In this document: piece after piece, positions 1-9,034 of the stretch
How the letters are laid out: each line of letters begins with the position of its first letter
Numbering within the stretch: the stretch's first letter is position 1
The notes under the pieces: generated by a model
Databases searched by the model: none
What the model was told of the DNA's origin: nothing
Seen by the model: the letters and a program-made list of their open reading frames with translations, nothing else
Translations under genes and position numbers: made by a program
Assembly: GCA_031360075.1 (NCBI GenBank)
Contig: JANMAX010000316.1
Location: forward strand, 1 to 52,123
From: a bacterium
GTDB lineage: Bacteria; Eisenbacteria; RBG-16-71-46
DNA length: 52,123 bases
Direction: 5' to 3'

Positions 1-12
1 CCGGGTCGGGGC

Positions 13-57
13 TTGCACCTGACGCGCATTCGGTCGATACTGACGCGTAATGCGTCA
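13..57 (+). promoter_or_regulatory. sigma70-type promoter with overlapping palindromic operator for the MNT-HEPN operon
   Basis: TTGCAC (13-18), 17 bp spacer, GATACT (36-41); ATG follows at 50. Inverted repeat TGACGC-N5-GCGTCA at 41-57 and an extra TGACGC half-site at 20-25. Confidence 0.65.
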
Positions 58-739
58 CTCACCCTCCCTCGATGCCGTCGTCCCAGTGCTTCGCCAGCTC
101 ATTCTGGCGGAGCTGCTCGTGCGCGAAGCGCGGCCGATGTACCGAGTCGAGCTGGCGCGAAAACTCAGCGTGTCGCCTTCGAGCCTGCAGCGCCCGTTGC
201 AGGCCATGGCCCGCACCGGGTTGCTCAAGGTCACCAAGCGCGGCCGAGAAGTCCTCTACGAAGCGGATCCGGAAAACCCGCTCATTCCTGAACTTCGAAG
301 CCTGCTTCGAAAGAGCCACGGCCTGCTCGACATCGTGCGAACGGCCCTGGCGGCTTTCTCGGGGAAGATCATCGTGGCGTTCGTCTACGGCTCGATGGCC
401 AGTGGCTCAGAGCGCCCCTCTAGTGACGTGGACCTGTTGGTCGTGGGGGACGTGACGCTCAGCGAGCTGACACCGTCCCTTCACCGGGCGGAGGAGACTC
501 TAGGGCGCCCCGTTAACGCCGTCCTCTACTCCCGCAAGAGCTTGGGCGAGAAGCTGGCCGCGAAGAACCACTTCCTCAGCTCGCTGCTGGACAAACCGAA
601 GCTCTTTGTCGTAGGAACGCAGGATGAGCTGGACGAAGTTGTTGGAGCAGGGACGCGCCGAGCGCCACAAGACCAGCGCCGAGGAACTCGCGGCGCTGCG
701 GGCGGTGATCGAGCGCAACCTCGCCGACGCAAGGGTTGA
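50..739 (+). CDS. HTH-fused minimal nucleotidyltransferase (MNT) antitoxin
   Basis: N-terminal wHTH (RVELARKLSVSPSSLQRPL) followed by the MNT motif GSMASG...SDVDLLVVG; overlaps the downstream HEPN-like gene. Confidence 0.85.
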   Translation: MRHSPSLDAVVPVLRQLILAELLVREARPMYRVELARKLSVSPSSLQRPLQAMARTGLLKVTKRGREVLYEADPENPLIPELRSLLRKSHGLLDIVRTALAAFSGKIIVAFVYGSMASGSERPSSDVDLLVVGDVTLSELTPSLHRAEETLGRPVNAVLYSRKSLGEKLAAKNHFLSSLLDKPKLFVVGTQDELDEVVGAGTRRAPQDQRRGTRGAAGGDRAQPRRRKG

Positions 740-1070
740 GGCGATTTCTCCAGATACGCGCTTTGGGTGCGCGTACGAGGCCGCGCTGATTGTCGCCACG
801 GCGGCCATCGCGTGCTCGGGGCATCGCGTCAAAGGCCTGGGACACCATCGAACCACGTTCGAAGCCCTGTCGTTTGCCCTGCCCGGTAAGGAATCGGTCG
901 GCGACGCGCGCTACTTCGATCGGTGCCGACGCCTTCGAAACGAGTTCAGCTACGAAGCCGCCGGGGTGGTTGACGAACGCGAGGTCCATGAGCTTCTTGC
1001 TCGAGTCGAGTTGCTTCAAGGCCGCGTGAAGGGATTCTTGGAAGCTTCCTTCCCGCGGGTCTGGAGCTGA
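624..1070 (+). CDS. HEPN-domain toxin-like protein
   Basis: 148 aa helical protein directly downstream of an MNT gene; variant R-X4-6-(H/Y) motif RNEFSY; GHH motif. Confidence 0.7.
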   Translation: MSWTKLLEQGRAERHKTSAEELAALRAVIERNLADARVEAISPDTRFGCAYEAALIVATAAIACSGHRVKGLGHHRTTFEALSFALPGKESVGDARYFDRCRRLRNEFSYEAAGVVDEREVHELLARVELLQGRVKGFLEASFPRVWS

Positions 1071-1252
1071 ACCGGCCCGGATCGAGATGCGGGGTCAGGC
1101 CGTACCGAGGGTCGCGAGCAGCCGCGCGGTGCGCTCGGCCTACCGGGATGCGCACTCGCCGGTCTGAAGAGATCTGGCGCCCAGGCCTCCCGGCTGAGTC
1201 CTCCCCCTGGCTTCAGCCCACGTCAGGCCCCCGCCAAACCCCGCCATTTCCG

Positions 1253-1281
1253 TTGACCCGACCCCTCTGAGGCTCTACTTT
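1253..1281 (+). promoter_or_regulatory. sigma70-type promoter upstream of the smc leader
   Basis: TTGACC (1253-1258), 17 bp spacer, TACTTT (1276-1281). Confidence 0.65.
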
Positions 1282-1595
1282 GCGTGGCGGCAGACCCAGC
1301 CCCAGACGCACTTCGCCAGCTATCCGGCCGCCACACGCACGAGCCCTCGGGCTCGGGTGGTCGAAAACGGCTAAACGCCTGTGCCCGTTGGGATAAGCCG
1401 TACGAGACAGCGCTCACGCAGCCTTGAATGACACCCGAGGTCTCGCCTCGGACACTGAACCGCGGGCTGACTCCCCGCGACCGGTGCTCGGGAGTGGTCC
1501 AGCCTTGGACGGACCGACTGCGCGCAGGCGCCGCCTGTGGCGTCGGCTTTCCGTCCCCGGCTCGGCCGCTGCCCGTGCACCTGTGGAGTGCATGG

Positions 1596-4500
1596 ATGTT
1601 CCTCTACAAGCTCGAGATCCAGGGGTTCAAGTCGTTCTGCGACCGCACCGACCTGCTGTTCGGTGACGGCATCACGGGCGTCATCGGTCCGAACGGCTGC
1701 GGCAAGACCAACGTCTCCGACGCCATCCGCTGGGTGCTGGGCGAGCAGTCCGCCAAGCAGCTGCGTGGCGACTCGATGGAAGACGTCATCTTCGGCGGCT
1801 GCCCAACGCGCAAGCCGCTCGGCATGGCCGAAGTGCACCTGACGTTCAAGAACGATGCCGGCATCCTGCCGACGGAGTTCTCCGAGGTCACCATCTCGCG
1901 CCGCGTGTTCCGCTCCGGTGTGAGTGAGTACTTCCTCAACAAGACGCCGTGCCGCCTGCGCGACATCCGCGACCTGTTCTTCGACACCGGCATGGGCAGC
2001 CATGCCTACTCGGTGATCGAGCGCGCCATGGTCGACAACATCCTGTCGGACACCACCGGCCACCGCCGCTTCCTGTTCGAGGAAGCGGCCGGCATCACCA
2101 AGTACAAGCAGCGCAAGAAGGAAGCGCTCAACAAGCTCGATGCCACCGAGGCCGATCTCACGCGCCTGAACGACATCGTATTCGAGATCGAGCGCGAGCT
2201 GCGCTCGCTGGCCCGCCAGGTGGGCAAGGCGCGCCGCTACCAGCGCCTGCGTGACGAAGTCCGCGACCTCGACCTGGCGCTCACCGGCGGCAGCATCGAG
2301 GCGCTCAAGCTGCGCGAGGCGAAGGCCAAGGACGAGTGGCAGGAGGAGGCCACGCGCCGCGAAGGCATCACCGCCCAGCTCGACCTGCTTGAGGCCACGC
2401 TCACCGACCGCAAGCTGGCGCTGCTCGAACTCGAGCGCGAACTGCTCACCGCCCAGGGCGGCCTCAAGGACCGTGAAGAGGCGCGTGTGGCGGCCGAGCA
2501 TCAGGTCGTGCTGCTGCGCGAGCGCGCCTCCGGGTTGCTGCGCCGCGCCGAAGAGGCCGAGCTGGATGCGCGCCGCATGCGCGAGCGTCTGGACGAGACC
2601 AAGGCGCGTGAGCAGGAGGTCCAGCTCACGCTGCAGGCGACGCGCGAGCGCCGCGAGTCGTCGCACATCGAGTCCGAGCAGGCCGAGGCCGCGCTCGAAC
2701 AGGTCGAACAGGAACTTCGTGCCGGCCGCTCCAAGGCCGCCGAGCACAAGCAGCTGTCGCTCGACTTGTTCTCGGTCGAGGCCGACAAGAAGGGCACCTG
2801 CGAGCGCATCCGCGACCGCCAGGTGTCGCTCACCGAACGCAGCACCGCGGCCGAGACGCGCCGCGCCGAACTGCTCGAGCGCGTCGCCGACCTGGAGCGC
2901 GGCAAGGCCGAGGGCGAGGTGCGCCGCACCGAACTGGACGAGTCCCTGGCTGGCGCGCGCGGCGAACTCGCGGCGAGTGAAGATGGCATCCGCGCCGTGG
3001 AAGGCCGCATCCACGAAGCCGATATGTACCTGTCCAAGATGCGCCAGGACTCGGCCGGCGCCGATTCGCGCTTGCAGACCCTGCTCGAACTGAAGGCCAA
3101 CTTCGAGGGCGTGTCCGAGGGCGTGAAGTCGCTGCTCGCCGAACGCGAGTCGCTGCCGGGCCTGGTCGGCGTCGTCGCCGACGTGCTCGAAGTGCCGACC
3201 GCCTACCTGGACGCGCTCGAGGCTTCGCTCGGCGAGGCCGCGTCGTTCGTGCTGGTGGAGGATCGCGCCGCGGTCGATCCCTCGATCGAACGCCTGCGCC
3301 GGCCCGAAGGGGGCCGCGCCACGCTGGTCGACCTGTCGGCGCTGTCCGAGCGCGCGCTGCCGGACGTCCCGGCGGTGAACGGTGTCATCGGACGCGCCTC
3401 GGACCTGGTGCGCTGCGAGCCGCGCTTCCGCCAGCTGGCCGAGCGCCTGCTGGGTTCGGTCGTGGTGGTGGAGTCGCGCGAACTGGCGGCCATGCTGGCG
3501 CACGAGTCGCCGGCCGGGCTGCGCTTCGTGAGCATCGATGGCGAGGTGTGGGAGCGCGGCCGCGTGCGCGCCGGCGCCGGCAAGACGGCCGGCGGCCTGC
3601 TGCACCGTGAAGCCGAGATCCGTGACCTGTCGGGCCGGCTCACCGAGCTGGGACTGACGATCGAGGGTCTGCAATCGCAGCGCGACGCCGAAGACGAAGC
3701 GCGCCGCCTGGCGATCGAGCAGCGCGATCATGCGCGCTGGCTGGTCGACGAGACGCGCACGGCCCTCGAATCGCAGGTGCGCGAACTGGCCGGCCTCGAG
3801 CGCGAGCGCACGTTCGCCGCCAGCGAAGCGGGCGAACGGGTGCGCGAACTGGATGGCATCGCACTCGAGATGGAGACGCTGGCGCGCACGCTGGCCGAAG
3901 CCGAGGCCGAACTGGCCGCGTTCCAGGGCGAGCTCGACGTGGTCCGTGCGCAGCTGGCCGAGACCGATGGCGCGGTGCAGACGCTGGAGCAGAGCCGCGA
4001 CGAAGCGTCGCAGCGCGCGCAGGCCGCACGCGAGGCGCTGTTGCAGCTGTCGCGCTCGGCGGGCGAGCTCGAGACGCAGTGGGCACGGCTGGAACAGACT
4101 GTGCAGGAACTCACCAGCGGGATCACCGCGCGTGATGCGGAAGCCATGCAGCACCGCGGTTCGATCGACGAGATCGAGGCGCAGGTCTCGGGACTGGCGG
4201 CCGGGCTCACCGGGCTGCTCGAGTCCGAGGGCTCGCAGCGCGATCGCGTCGTCAATCTGCAAAAGGGCTTCAACGCGCTCAAGGAAGAAGTGCGCGTGCT
4301 CGATGACCAGGCCCGCGACCGCCGCTTCCAGCAGCAGGAGCTCGGCGAGCGGCTGCACATGCTGGAGCTCGACCGGGTGCAGGCGCGTGCCGAACTCGAC
4401 CGCACGTTCGAGCGTCTGCGCAGCGAGTACGAGATCGAGCCCGAGACGTTCGAGCCGCGCGAGCTGCCCGAAGGAGTCACGCCCGAGGAAGCGCCGGGCA

Positions 4501-5180
4501 AGCTCGAGTCGTCCCGCACGACGTTGCGCGCGCTGGGTCCGGTGAACCTGCTGGCGCTGGACGAGTACAGCAAGAAGAAGGAGCGCTTCACGTTCCTGAC
4601 GCAGCAGCGTGAGGACATCCTGCAGGCCCGGACACAGCTGCTCGAGGCCATCGAGAAGATCAACATCACGGCCGCCGAGCTGTTCACCGAGACGTTCGCG
4701 AAGGTGCAGAAGAACTTCAAGGACATCTTCCAGACTCTGTTCGAGGGTGGCGATTGCGAGCTGCGGCTGCTGGGCGAAGACCCGATGGAGGCCGAGATCG
4801 AGATCGCGGCCAAGCCGCGAGGCAAGCACTTGCAGAGCATCACGCTCATGTCGAGCGGTGAGCGCGCCCTGACCGCGATCGCGCTGTTGTTCGCGATCTA
4901 CCTGGTCAAGCCGAGCCCGTTCTGCCTGCTGGACGAAGTCGATGCGCCGCTGGACGATGCCAACGTCGAGCGCTTCCTGCGGCTGCTGCAGCGCTTTGGC
5001 GATCGGACGCAGTTCGTGGTCATCACGCACAACAAGAAGACCATGGAGTCCGCAGGTTGCATCTACGGTGTCACCATGCAGGAGCTGGGGGTCTCGAAGC
5101 TCGTCTCGGTGAACCTGGACGGCGTCGACGTCAGTCACTCGTCGCGCCGCGAACAGCCGGCCGAAGCGACGGTGTCGTAG
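1596..5180 (+). CDS. smc: chromosome segregation protein SMC
   Basis: MFLYKLEIQGFKSF start after a GGAG RBS; Walker A GPNGCGKT; long coiled coils and hinge; signature MSSGE; Walker B LLDEVDAPLD. Start moved from 1428 to the ATG at 1596. Confidence 0.97.
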   Translation: MFLYKLEIQGFKSFCDRTDLLFGDGITGVIGPNGCGKTNVSDAIRWVLGEQSAKQLRGDSMEDVIFGGCPTRKPLGMAEVHLTFKNDAGILPTEFSEVTISRRVFRSGVSEYFLNKTPCRLRDIRDLFFDTGMGSHAYSVIERAMVDNILSDTTGHRRFLFEEAAGITKYKQRKKEALNKLDATEADLTRLNDIVFEIERELRSLARQVGKARRYQRLRDEVRDLDLALTGGSIEALKLREAKAKDEWQEEATRREGITAQLDLLEATLTDRKLALLELERELLTAQGGLKDREEARVAAEHQVVLLRERASGLLRRAEEAELDARRMRERLDETKAREQEVQLTLQATRERRESSHIESEQAEAALEQVEQELRAGRSKAAEHKQLSLDLFSVEADKKGTCERIRDRQVSLTERSTAAETRRAELLERVADLERGKAEGEVRRTELDESLAGARGELAASEDGIRAVEGRIHEADMYLSKMRQDSAGADSRLQTLLELKANFEGVSEGVKSLLAERESLPGLVGVVADVLEVPTAYLDALEASLGEAASFVLVEDRAAVDPSIERLRRPEGGRATLVDLSALSERALPDVPAVNGVIGRASDLVRCEPRFRQLAERLLGSVVVVESRELAAMLAHESPAGLRFVSIDGEVWERGRVRAGAGKTAGGLLHREAEIRDLSGRLTELGLTIEGLQSQRDAEDEARRLAIEQRDHARWLVDETRTALESQVRELAGLERERTFAASEAGERVRELDGIALEMETLARTLAEAEAELAAFQGELDVVRAQLAETDGAVQTLEQSRDEASQRAQAAREALLQLSRSAGELETQWARLEQTVQELTSGITARDAEAMQHRGSIDEIEAQVSGLAAGLTGLLESEGSQRDRVVNLQKGFNALKEEVRVLDDQARDRRFQQQELGERLHMLELDRVQARAELDRTFERLRSEYEIEPETFEPRELPEGVTPEEAPGKLESSRTTLRALGPVNLLALDEYSKKKERFTFLTQQREDILQARTQLLEAIEKINITAAELFTETFAKVQKNFKDIFQTLFEGGDCELRLLGEDPMEAEIEIAAKPRGKHLQSITLMSSGERALTAIALLFAIYLVKPSPFCLLDEVDAPLDDANVERFLRLLQRFGDRTQFVVITHNKKTMESAGCIYGVTMQELGVSKLVSVNLDGVDVSHSSRREQPAEATVS

Positions 5181-5239
5181 GTGACGGCGTCGTCGGTGAC
5201 GGCCTCGTTCCTGATGAGTCGCTACTGATGTCGTCGTAA
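5168..5239 (+). repeat. degenerate 15-bp tandem repeat at the smc 3' end
   Basis: GACGGTGTCGTAGGT / GACGGCGTCGTCGGT / GACGGCCTCGTTCCT / GATGAGTCG... starting at 5168, 5183, 5198 and 5213. Confidence 0.55.
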
Positions 5240-5312
5240 GCACGAAAGGACGCTCTCGCGCGCGGTACGGGCTGGCTCGTCCAGCTGGTGCCGCGCGCGG
5301 GCCTATCTGGCC

Positions 5313-6215
5313 ATGAATCTCTGGGACAAGTTCCGGCGCGGGCTCGAACGCACGCGCGAGGCGTTCACAGGCGTGGTGGGCGCAGCCTTGGGCCGGCGCA
5401 CGGTCGATGCCGCCACCGTCGTCGCGCTCGAGGAGGCGCTGCTCGCCGCCGATGTTGGCCCGGCGACCACCGATCGCCTGATCGCCGACGCCAGGAAGCG
5501 CCTGGCCCAGGACGGCTCGCTCGATCTGCGTGGCGCACTCGAAGCCGCCGCGCTGCAACTGGTGTCGGGCGCGCGCGCGACGTTCGAGCCGGGTCCCGAG
5601 AAGCCGTGGGTAGCGCTGCTCATCGGCGTCAACGGCGTCGGCAAGACGACGTTCGCCGGCAAGCTGGCCGCGAGCTACGCGCGCGCCGGCAAGCGCACGC
5701 TGCTGGTGGCCGCTGACACGTTCCGGGCCGCCGCCGCCGAACAACTCGAAGTCTGGGCTGGCCGTGCCGGTGTCGAGGTCGTGCGCGCGCGCGCTGACGG
5801 CACCGACCCGGCTGCGGTGGTGCACGACGGGCTCGCTGCCGCCAAGGCGCGCAGTACCGACATCGTGCTCATCGATACCGCCGGCCGGCTGCACACCAAG
5901 CACAACCTGATGGCCGAGCTCGACAAGGTGTCGCGCGTGTGCGCGCGGCTGGTGCCGGGTGCGCCGCACCACGTGCTGCTCGTGCTCGACGGTACGCAGG
6001 GGCTGAACGGCTTGGCGCAGGCGCGCGAGTTCACCAAGATCACGCCGGTGACGAGCCTCGCGGTCACCAAGCTCGATGGCACGTCGCGTGGCGGCGTCGT
6101 GCTGGCAATCGCCGGCGAGCTGGCGCTGCCGGTGAGCCTCGTCGGCCTGGGTGAGGGCCCTGACGACTGGCAGCCGTTCGACGCCGAGGCCTACGTGCAC
6201 GGGCTGTTCGACTGA
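5313..6215 (+). CDS. ftsY: signal recognition particle receptor FtsY
   Basis: GVNGVGKTT, DTFRAAA, DTAGR and TKLDG motifs; classic smc-ftsY synteny. Confidence 0.96.
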   Translation: MNLWDKFRRGLERTREAFTGVVGAALGRRTVDAATVVALEEALLAADVGPATTDRLIADARKRLAQDGSLDLRGALEAAALQLVSGARATFEPGPEKPWVALLIGVNGVGKTTFAGKLAASYARAGKRTLLVAADTFRAAAAEQLEVWAGRAGVEVVRARADGTDPAAVVHDGLAAAKARSTDIVLIDTAGRLHTKHNLMAELDKVSRVCARLVPGAPHHVLLVLDGTQGLNGLAQAREFTKITPVTSLAVTKLDGTSRGGVVLAIAGELALPVSLVGLGEGPDDWQPFDAEAYVHGLFD

Positions 6216-6346
6216 GCTGCCGCCGGGCCGCCGCGCCGGCGGGCGCTGGCACAACAGGCGCCGCACGTGACGTGGGGCGCTTGTTGAAACGACGACTGCC
6301 CGGCGCTCGGATGCGCCGGGCCGTCGTCACGAAGCCGGTGTCGGCG

Positions 6347-7249
6347 CTAGCGCTTGCCGCCCGAGGCCGTGCGGCGCCGGGCCGGCGGGCGTGATGCGGC
6401 ACGTTCGGCGGCCTGCTGTTCAGCGATGCTGCGCTGCAGGCTCACGGGGACGATCCGGCCCTTGTAGCCGTGCCCGAAGTCGACCAACCGGGCGCTGCCG
6501 AACCCGCGGTCGCGCGTGGTGAGCGCGGTCGCATCGCCCGAGCGGCCGATGAGCCACGCCTTGCGGGCCGCAAGCGTCATGATGTCCTCGCGGGCGAGAT
6601 GCGTGATCGGCACTTCGTCCGTGAAGAAGCTGGTGCGTTCCTCGCGCAGTTCCTGGTAGATCGAGCTGTCGCCGACCGCCTGCGTGCTGCCGGTGCCTTG
6701 CTTCAGCATGATCTTCCGCGTCTTCATGATGCCCCGCGGAGTCTGCACGGTGTCGACGCCGAGCGTGTCGCGGGTCCAGCGCACGGGGTTCTTCACCTCA
6801 CGCCGCGTCTTGAGCATGGAGGCGGCCGGTTTGTTGATCTCCATGCGAGGCGTGCCATCGTCATTCAGCGTGCTGACGACCTTGCGCATGTAGAGCTGCA
6901 GCCGCTGGGTCGCGGCCGTGTCGCCGAAGCTCTCGTACGACATGAGCGAGGCTTGGGTCTCGGGCGGCCGGCCGGGATAATCGATCCAGCTCTCGATCCA
7001 GAATCCCGGGTCGCCCCAGAAGTCCTCTTCGCCAGCGATCACGAGCGTGACGTCATACGCCTCGGTGACCCCGAGCTCGCTCTTGCTCGACATGTGGTAG
7101 CGAACCCAGTCGCCGACCTTGAAGTCCGGTTTACGCGTGTAGTCGACGAGACCGATGCCGTTGAACGTCATGGCGGCGGCGTGGGCGATGGCCGCGGCGA
7201 GGGCGGCGGTGGTCACCAGCAGGATCAGGAACACGATGGCACGACGCAT
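6347..7249 (-). CDS. hypothetical secreted protein
   Basis: Signal peptide MRRAIVFLILLVTTAALAAAIAHA; host-like codon usage; start reassigned to the ATG at 7249. Confidence 0.75.
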   Translation of the reverse strand: MRRAIVFLILLVTTAALAAAIAHAAAMTFNGIGLVDYTRKPDFKVGDWVRYHMSSKSELGVTEAYDVTLVIAGEEDFWGDPGFWIESWIDYPGRPPETQASLMSYESFGDTAATQRLQLYMRKVVSTLNDDGTPRMEINKPAASMLKTRREVKNPVRWTRDTLGVDTVQTPRGIMKTRKIMLKQGTGSTQAVGDSSIYQELREERTSFFTDEVPITHLAREDIMTLAARKAWLIGRSGDATALTTRDRGFGSARLVDFGHGYKGRIVPVSLQRSIAEQQAAERAASRPPARRRTASGGKR

Positions 7250-7407
7250 GCAGCGGATCTCCAGAGGCTGGGGGGTCGCGCGAGCAGCGCGGACCCGGCC
7301 GGGTGAACGGGGCGGCCACAAAACCCGCGGAGCGGGCAGGCCGTCCATTATGGCAGCGCTGAGGCCGCATGCGAAGGCGCCAGATCCGCCCCCGGGGAGT
7401 GAGCGGT

Positions 7408-8112
7408 ATGCCCATGGACGAGCTGACGCCTCCGGAGACGATGGCGGTCGAGTCGGGCAGGGCCCTGTCGCGGGCGCTGCGGCCGCGCGAGCGGCTCCGG
7501 GAGCACGGCCCCGGGACATTGTCGGATGCCGAACTGCTGGCGCTGGTCCTCGGTTCGGGCGTGGCTGGCCGGAGCGCGCTGCGCATGGGACGGCAACTGG
7601 CGCGCCGTCACCCGTCCGAACTGGCGCATTGGCCGCTGCCGCGTTGGCTCGGCGTCGCCGGCGTCGGCCCGGCGCGTGCCGCAGCGCTGGTGGCGGCGTT
7701 CGAACTGGGGCGCCGGGCCGCGGCACCGCCCGCGTGCAGGGCCCCGATCCGGGGCCCCGAGGACGTCCTGGCGCATGTCCGCGACCTGCCCCGCGCCAAG
7801 CGCGAGCACTTTGTCGTGTTGCTGCTGAACGCCCGCCATGAACTGGAGCGGCGCGAGACGGTCAGCATCGGGTCGTTGAACGCCTCGATCGTGCACCCGC
7901 GCGAGGTATTCCTGCCCGCCATCCTGCACTCGGCCGCGAGTGTCGTGTTGGTGCACAACCACCCGAGCGGCGACCCCGAGCCGAGCGAGGAGGACCTGTC
8001 GATCACCCGCCGGTTGCTTGAGGTCGGCGAACTGGTCGGCATCGGCGTGCTCGATCACGTTATCGTGGCGACGCGCGGCACGGTGTCGTTCCGCGCGCGG
8101 CAGTTGTTGTGA
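7408..8112 (+). CDS. radC: RadC family JAB/MPN-domain protein
   Basis: RPRERL...LSDAELLAL N-terminus, HhH region, VHPREVF and the HNHPSGDPEPSEED JAB motif. Confidence 0.93.
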   Translation: MPMDELTPPETMAVESGRALSRALRPRERLREHGPGTLSDAELLALVLGSGVAGRSALRMGRQLARRHPSELAHWPLPRWLGVAGVGPARAAALVAAFELGRRAAAPPACRAPIRGPEDVLAHVRDLPRAKREHFVVLLLNARHELERRETVSIGSLNASIVHPREVFLPAILHSAASVVLVHNHPSGDPEPSEEDLSITRRLLEVGELVGIGVLDHVIVATRGTVSFRARQLL

Positions 8113-8217
8113 TCCCGCGACGACCGCCGCCGCCAACCGAACGCCGGCCAGGCCGGCCGCTGCACCGGGTCCAGCGCCGGCGATCCTGGACCGCGGTGGG
8201 CCACGCGGGGCGCGACC

Positions 8218-9000
8218 TCAGCGTTCGCGCCGGGGCGGCCACGGCAGGAACGCGCTCGTGCGGCGGGCATACGCGTCCCAGCCTGGCCGCTGGCGCATCG
8301 TGGATTCCAGCAGGCCGACACCCGAGACGCGCGCCAGCAGCAGTGTCATGAGCGCGGGCCCGGCGTACACCCACCACGGCGCGTGTGCCGCGGCGGCGAA
8401 CAGTGCGAACGCCCACCACACGCAGGCATCACCGAAGTAGTTGGGATGGCGCGTCCATGCCCACAGACCGCGATCCATGATGCGGCCGTGGTTCGCCGCG
8501 TCGCGCTTCCACGCCGCCAATTGCGCGTCGCCGACCGCCTCGAACGCGAAGCCGACCACCCACACCAGCAGCGCGATGGCGTCCACCGCGCCGAGCGTGC
8601 CGGCCCCCGGCCGTGCGATCGCCCACAGCGGCCACGCCACGATCCACTGCAGCACGGCCTGCAGCATGAACACCGTCGCGAGGCTGCTCCACGCGAACGT
8701 GCCGGGCGAACGGGCGCGCATCGCGGCGTAGCGCGCGTCCTCCGCGTGGCCACGGTTGCGGCGCTGGATGTGCCAGCCGAGCCGCATGCCCCAGACCGCC
8801 ACGAGCACCGCCACCAGCCCGGCGCGCGGGTTGGCCGCGTGCATGGCCAGCGGCCATGCGAGTGCCAGCAGCGCGAAGCCCGGCCCCCAGAAGCGATCGA
8901 CGAGACTCACGTCGCGCGCGCGCAGGCTCGCGAGCCAGACCAGCGTGAACACGACAGCAGCCAAGCCCAGACCGCCGACCAGCGCCAGCGCTGGGCTCAA
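8218..9000 (-). CDS. DUF1295 family membrane protein (steroid 5-alpha-reductase-like)
   Basis: SLVDRFWG, EDARY and GLWAWTRHPNYFG motifs; multiple TM segments; start approximate (TTG at 9000). Confidence 0.85.
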   Translation of the reverse strand: MSPALALVGGLGLAAVVFTLVWLASLRARDVSLVDRFWGPGFALLALAWPLAMHAANPRAGLVAVLVAVWGMRLGWHIQRRNRGHAEDARYAAMRARSPGTFAWSSLATVFMLQAVLQWIVAWPLWAIARPGAGTLGAVDAIALLVWVVGFAFEAVGDAQLAAWKRDAANHGRIMDRGLWAWTRHPNYFGDACVWWAFALFAAAAHAPWWVYAGPALMTLLLARVSGVGLLESTMRQRPGWDAYARRTSAFLPWPPRRER

Positions 9001-9034
9001 GCCAGATCCGGAAGAGGCGGCATCCGGGCGTGCG

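Noticed and set aside
5168-5239. CRISPR array
   Set aside because: 15-bp period with no spacers and no cas genes; no CRISPR-like array seen anywhere in the window.
1371-6266. 1631-aa minus-strand ORF and other long antisense ORFs (e.g. 39486-41750, 29638-31446, 16234-18009)
   Set aside because: Shadow frames of real high-GC genes on the opposite strand; no recognisable motifs.
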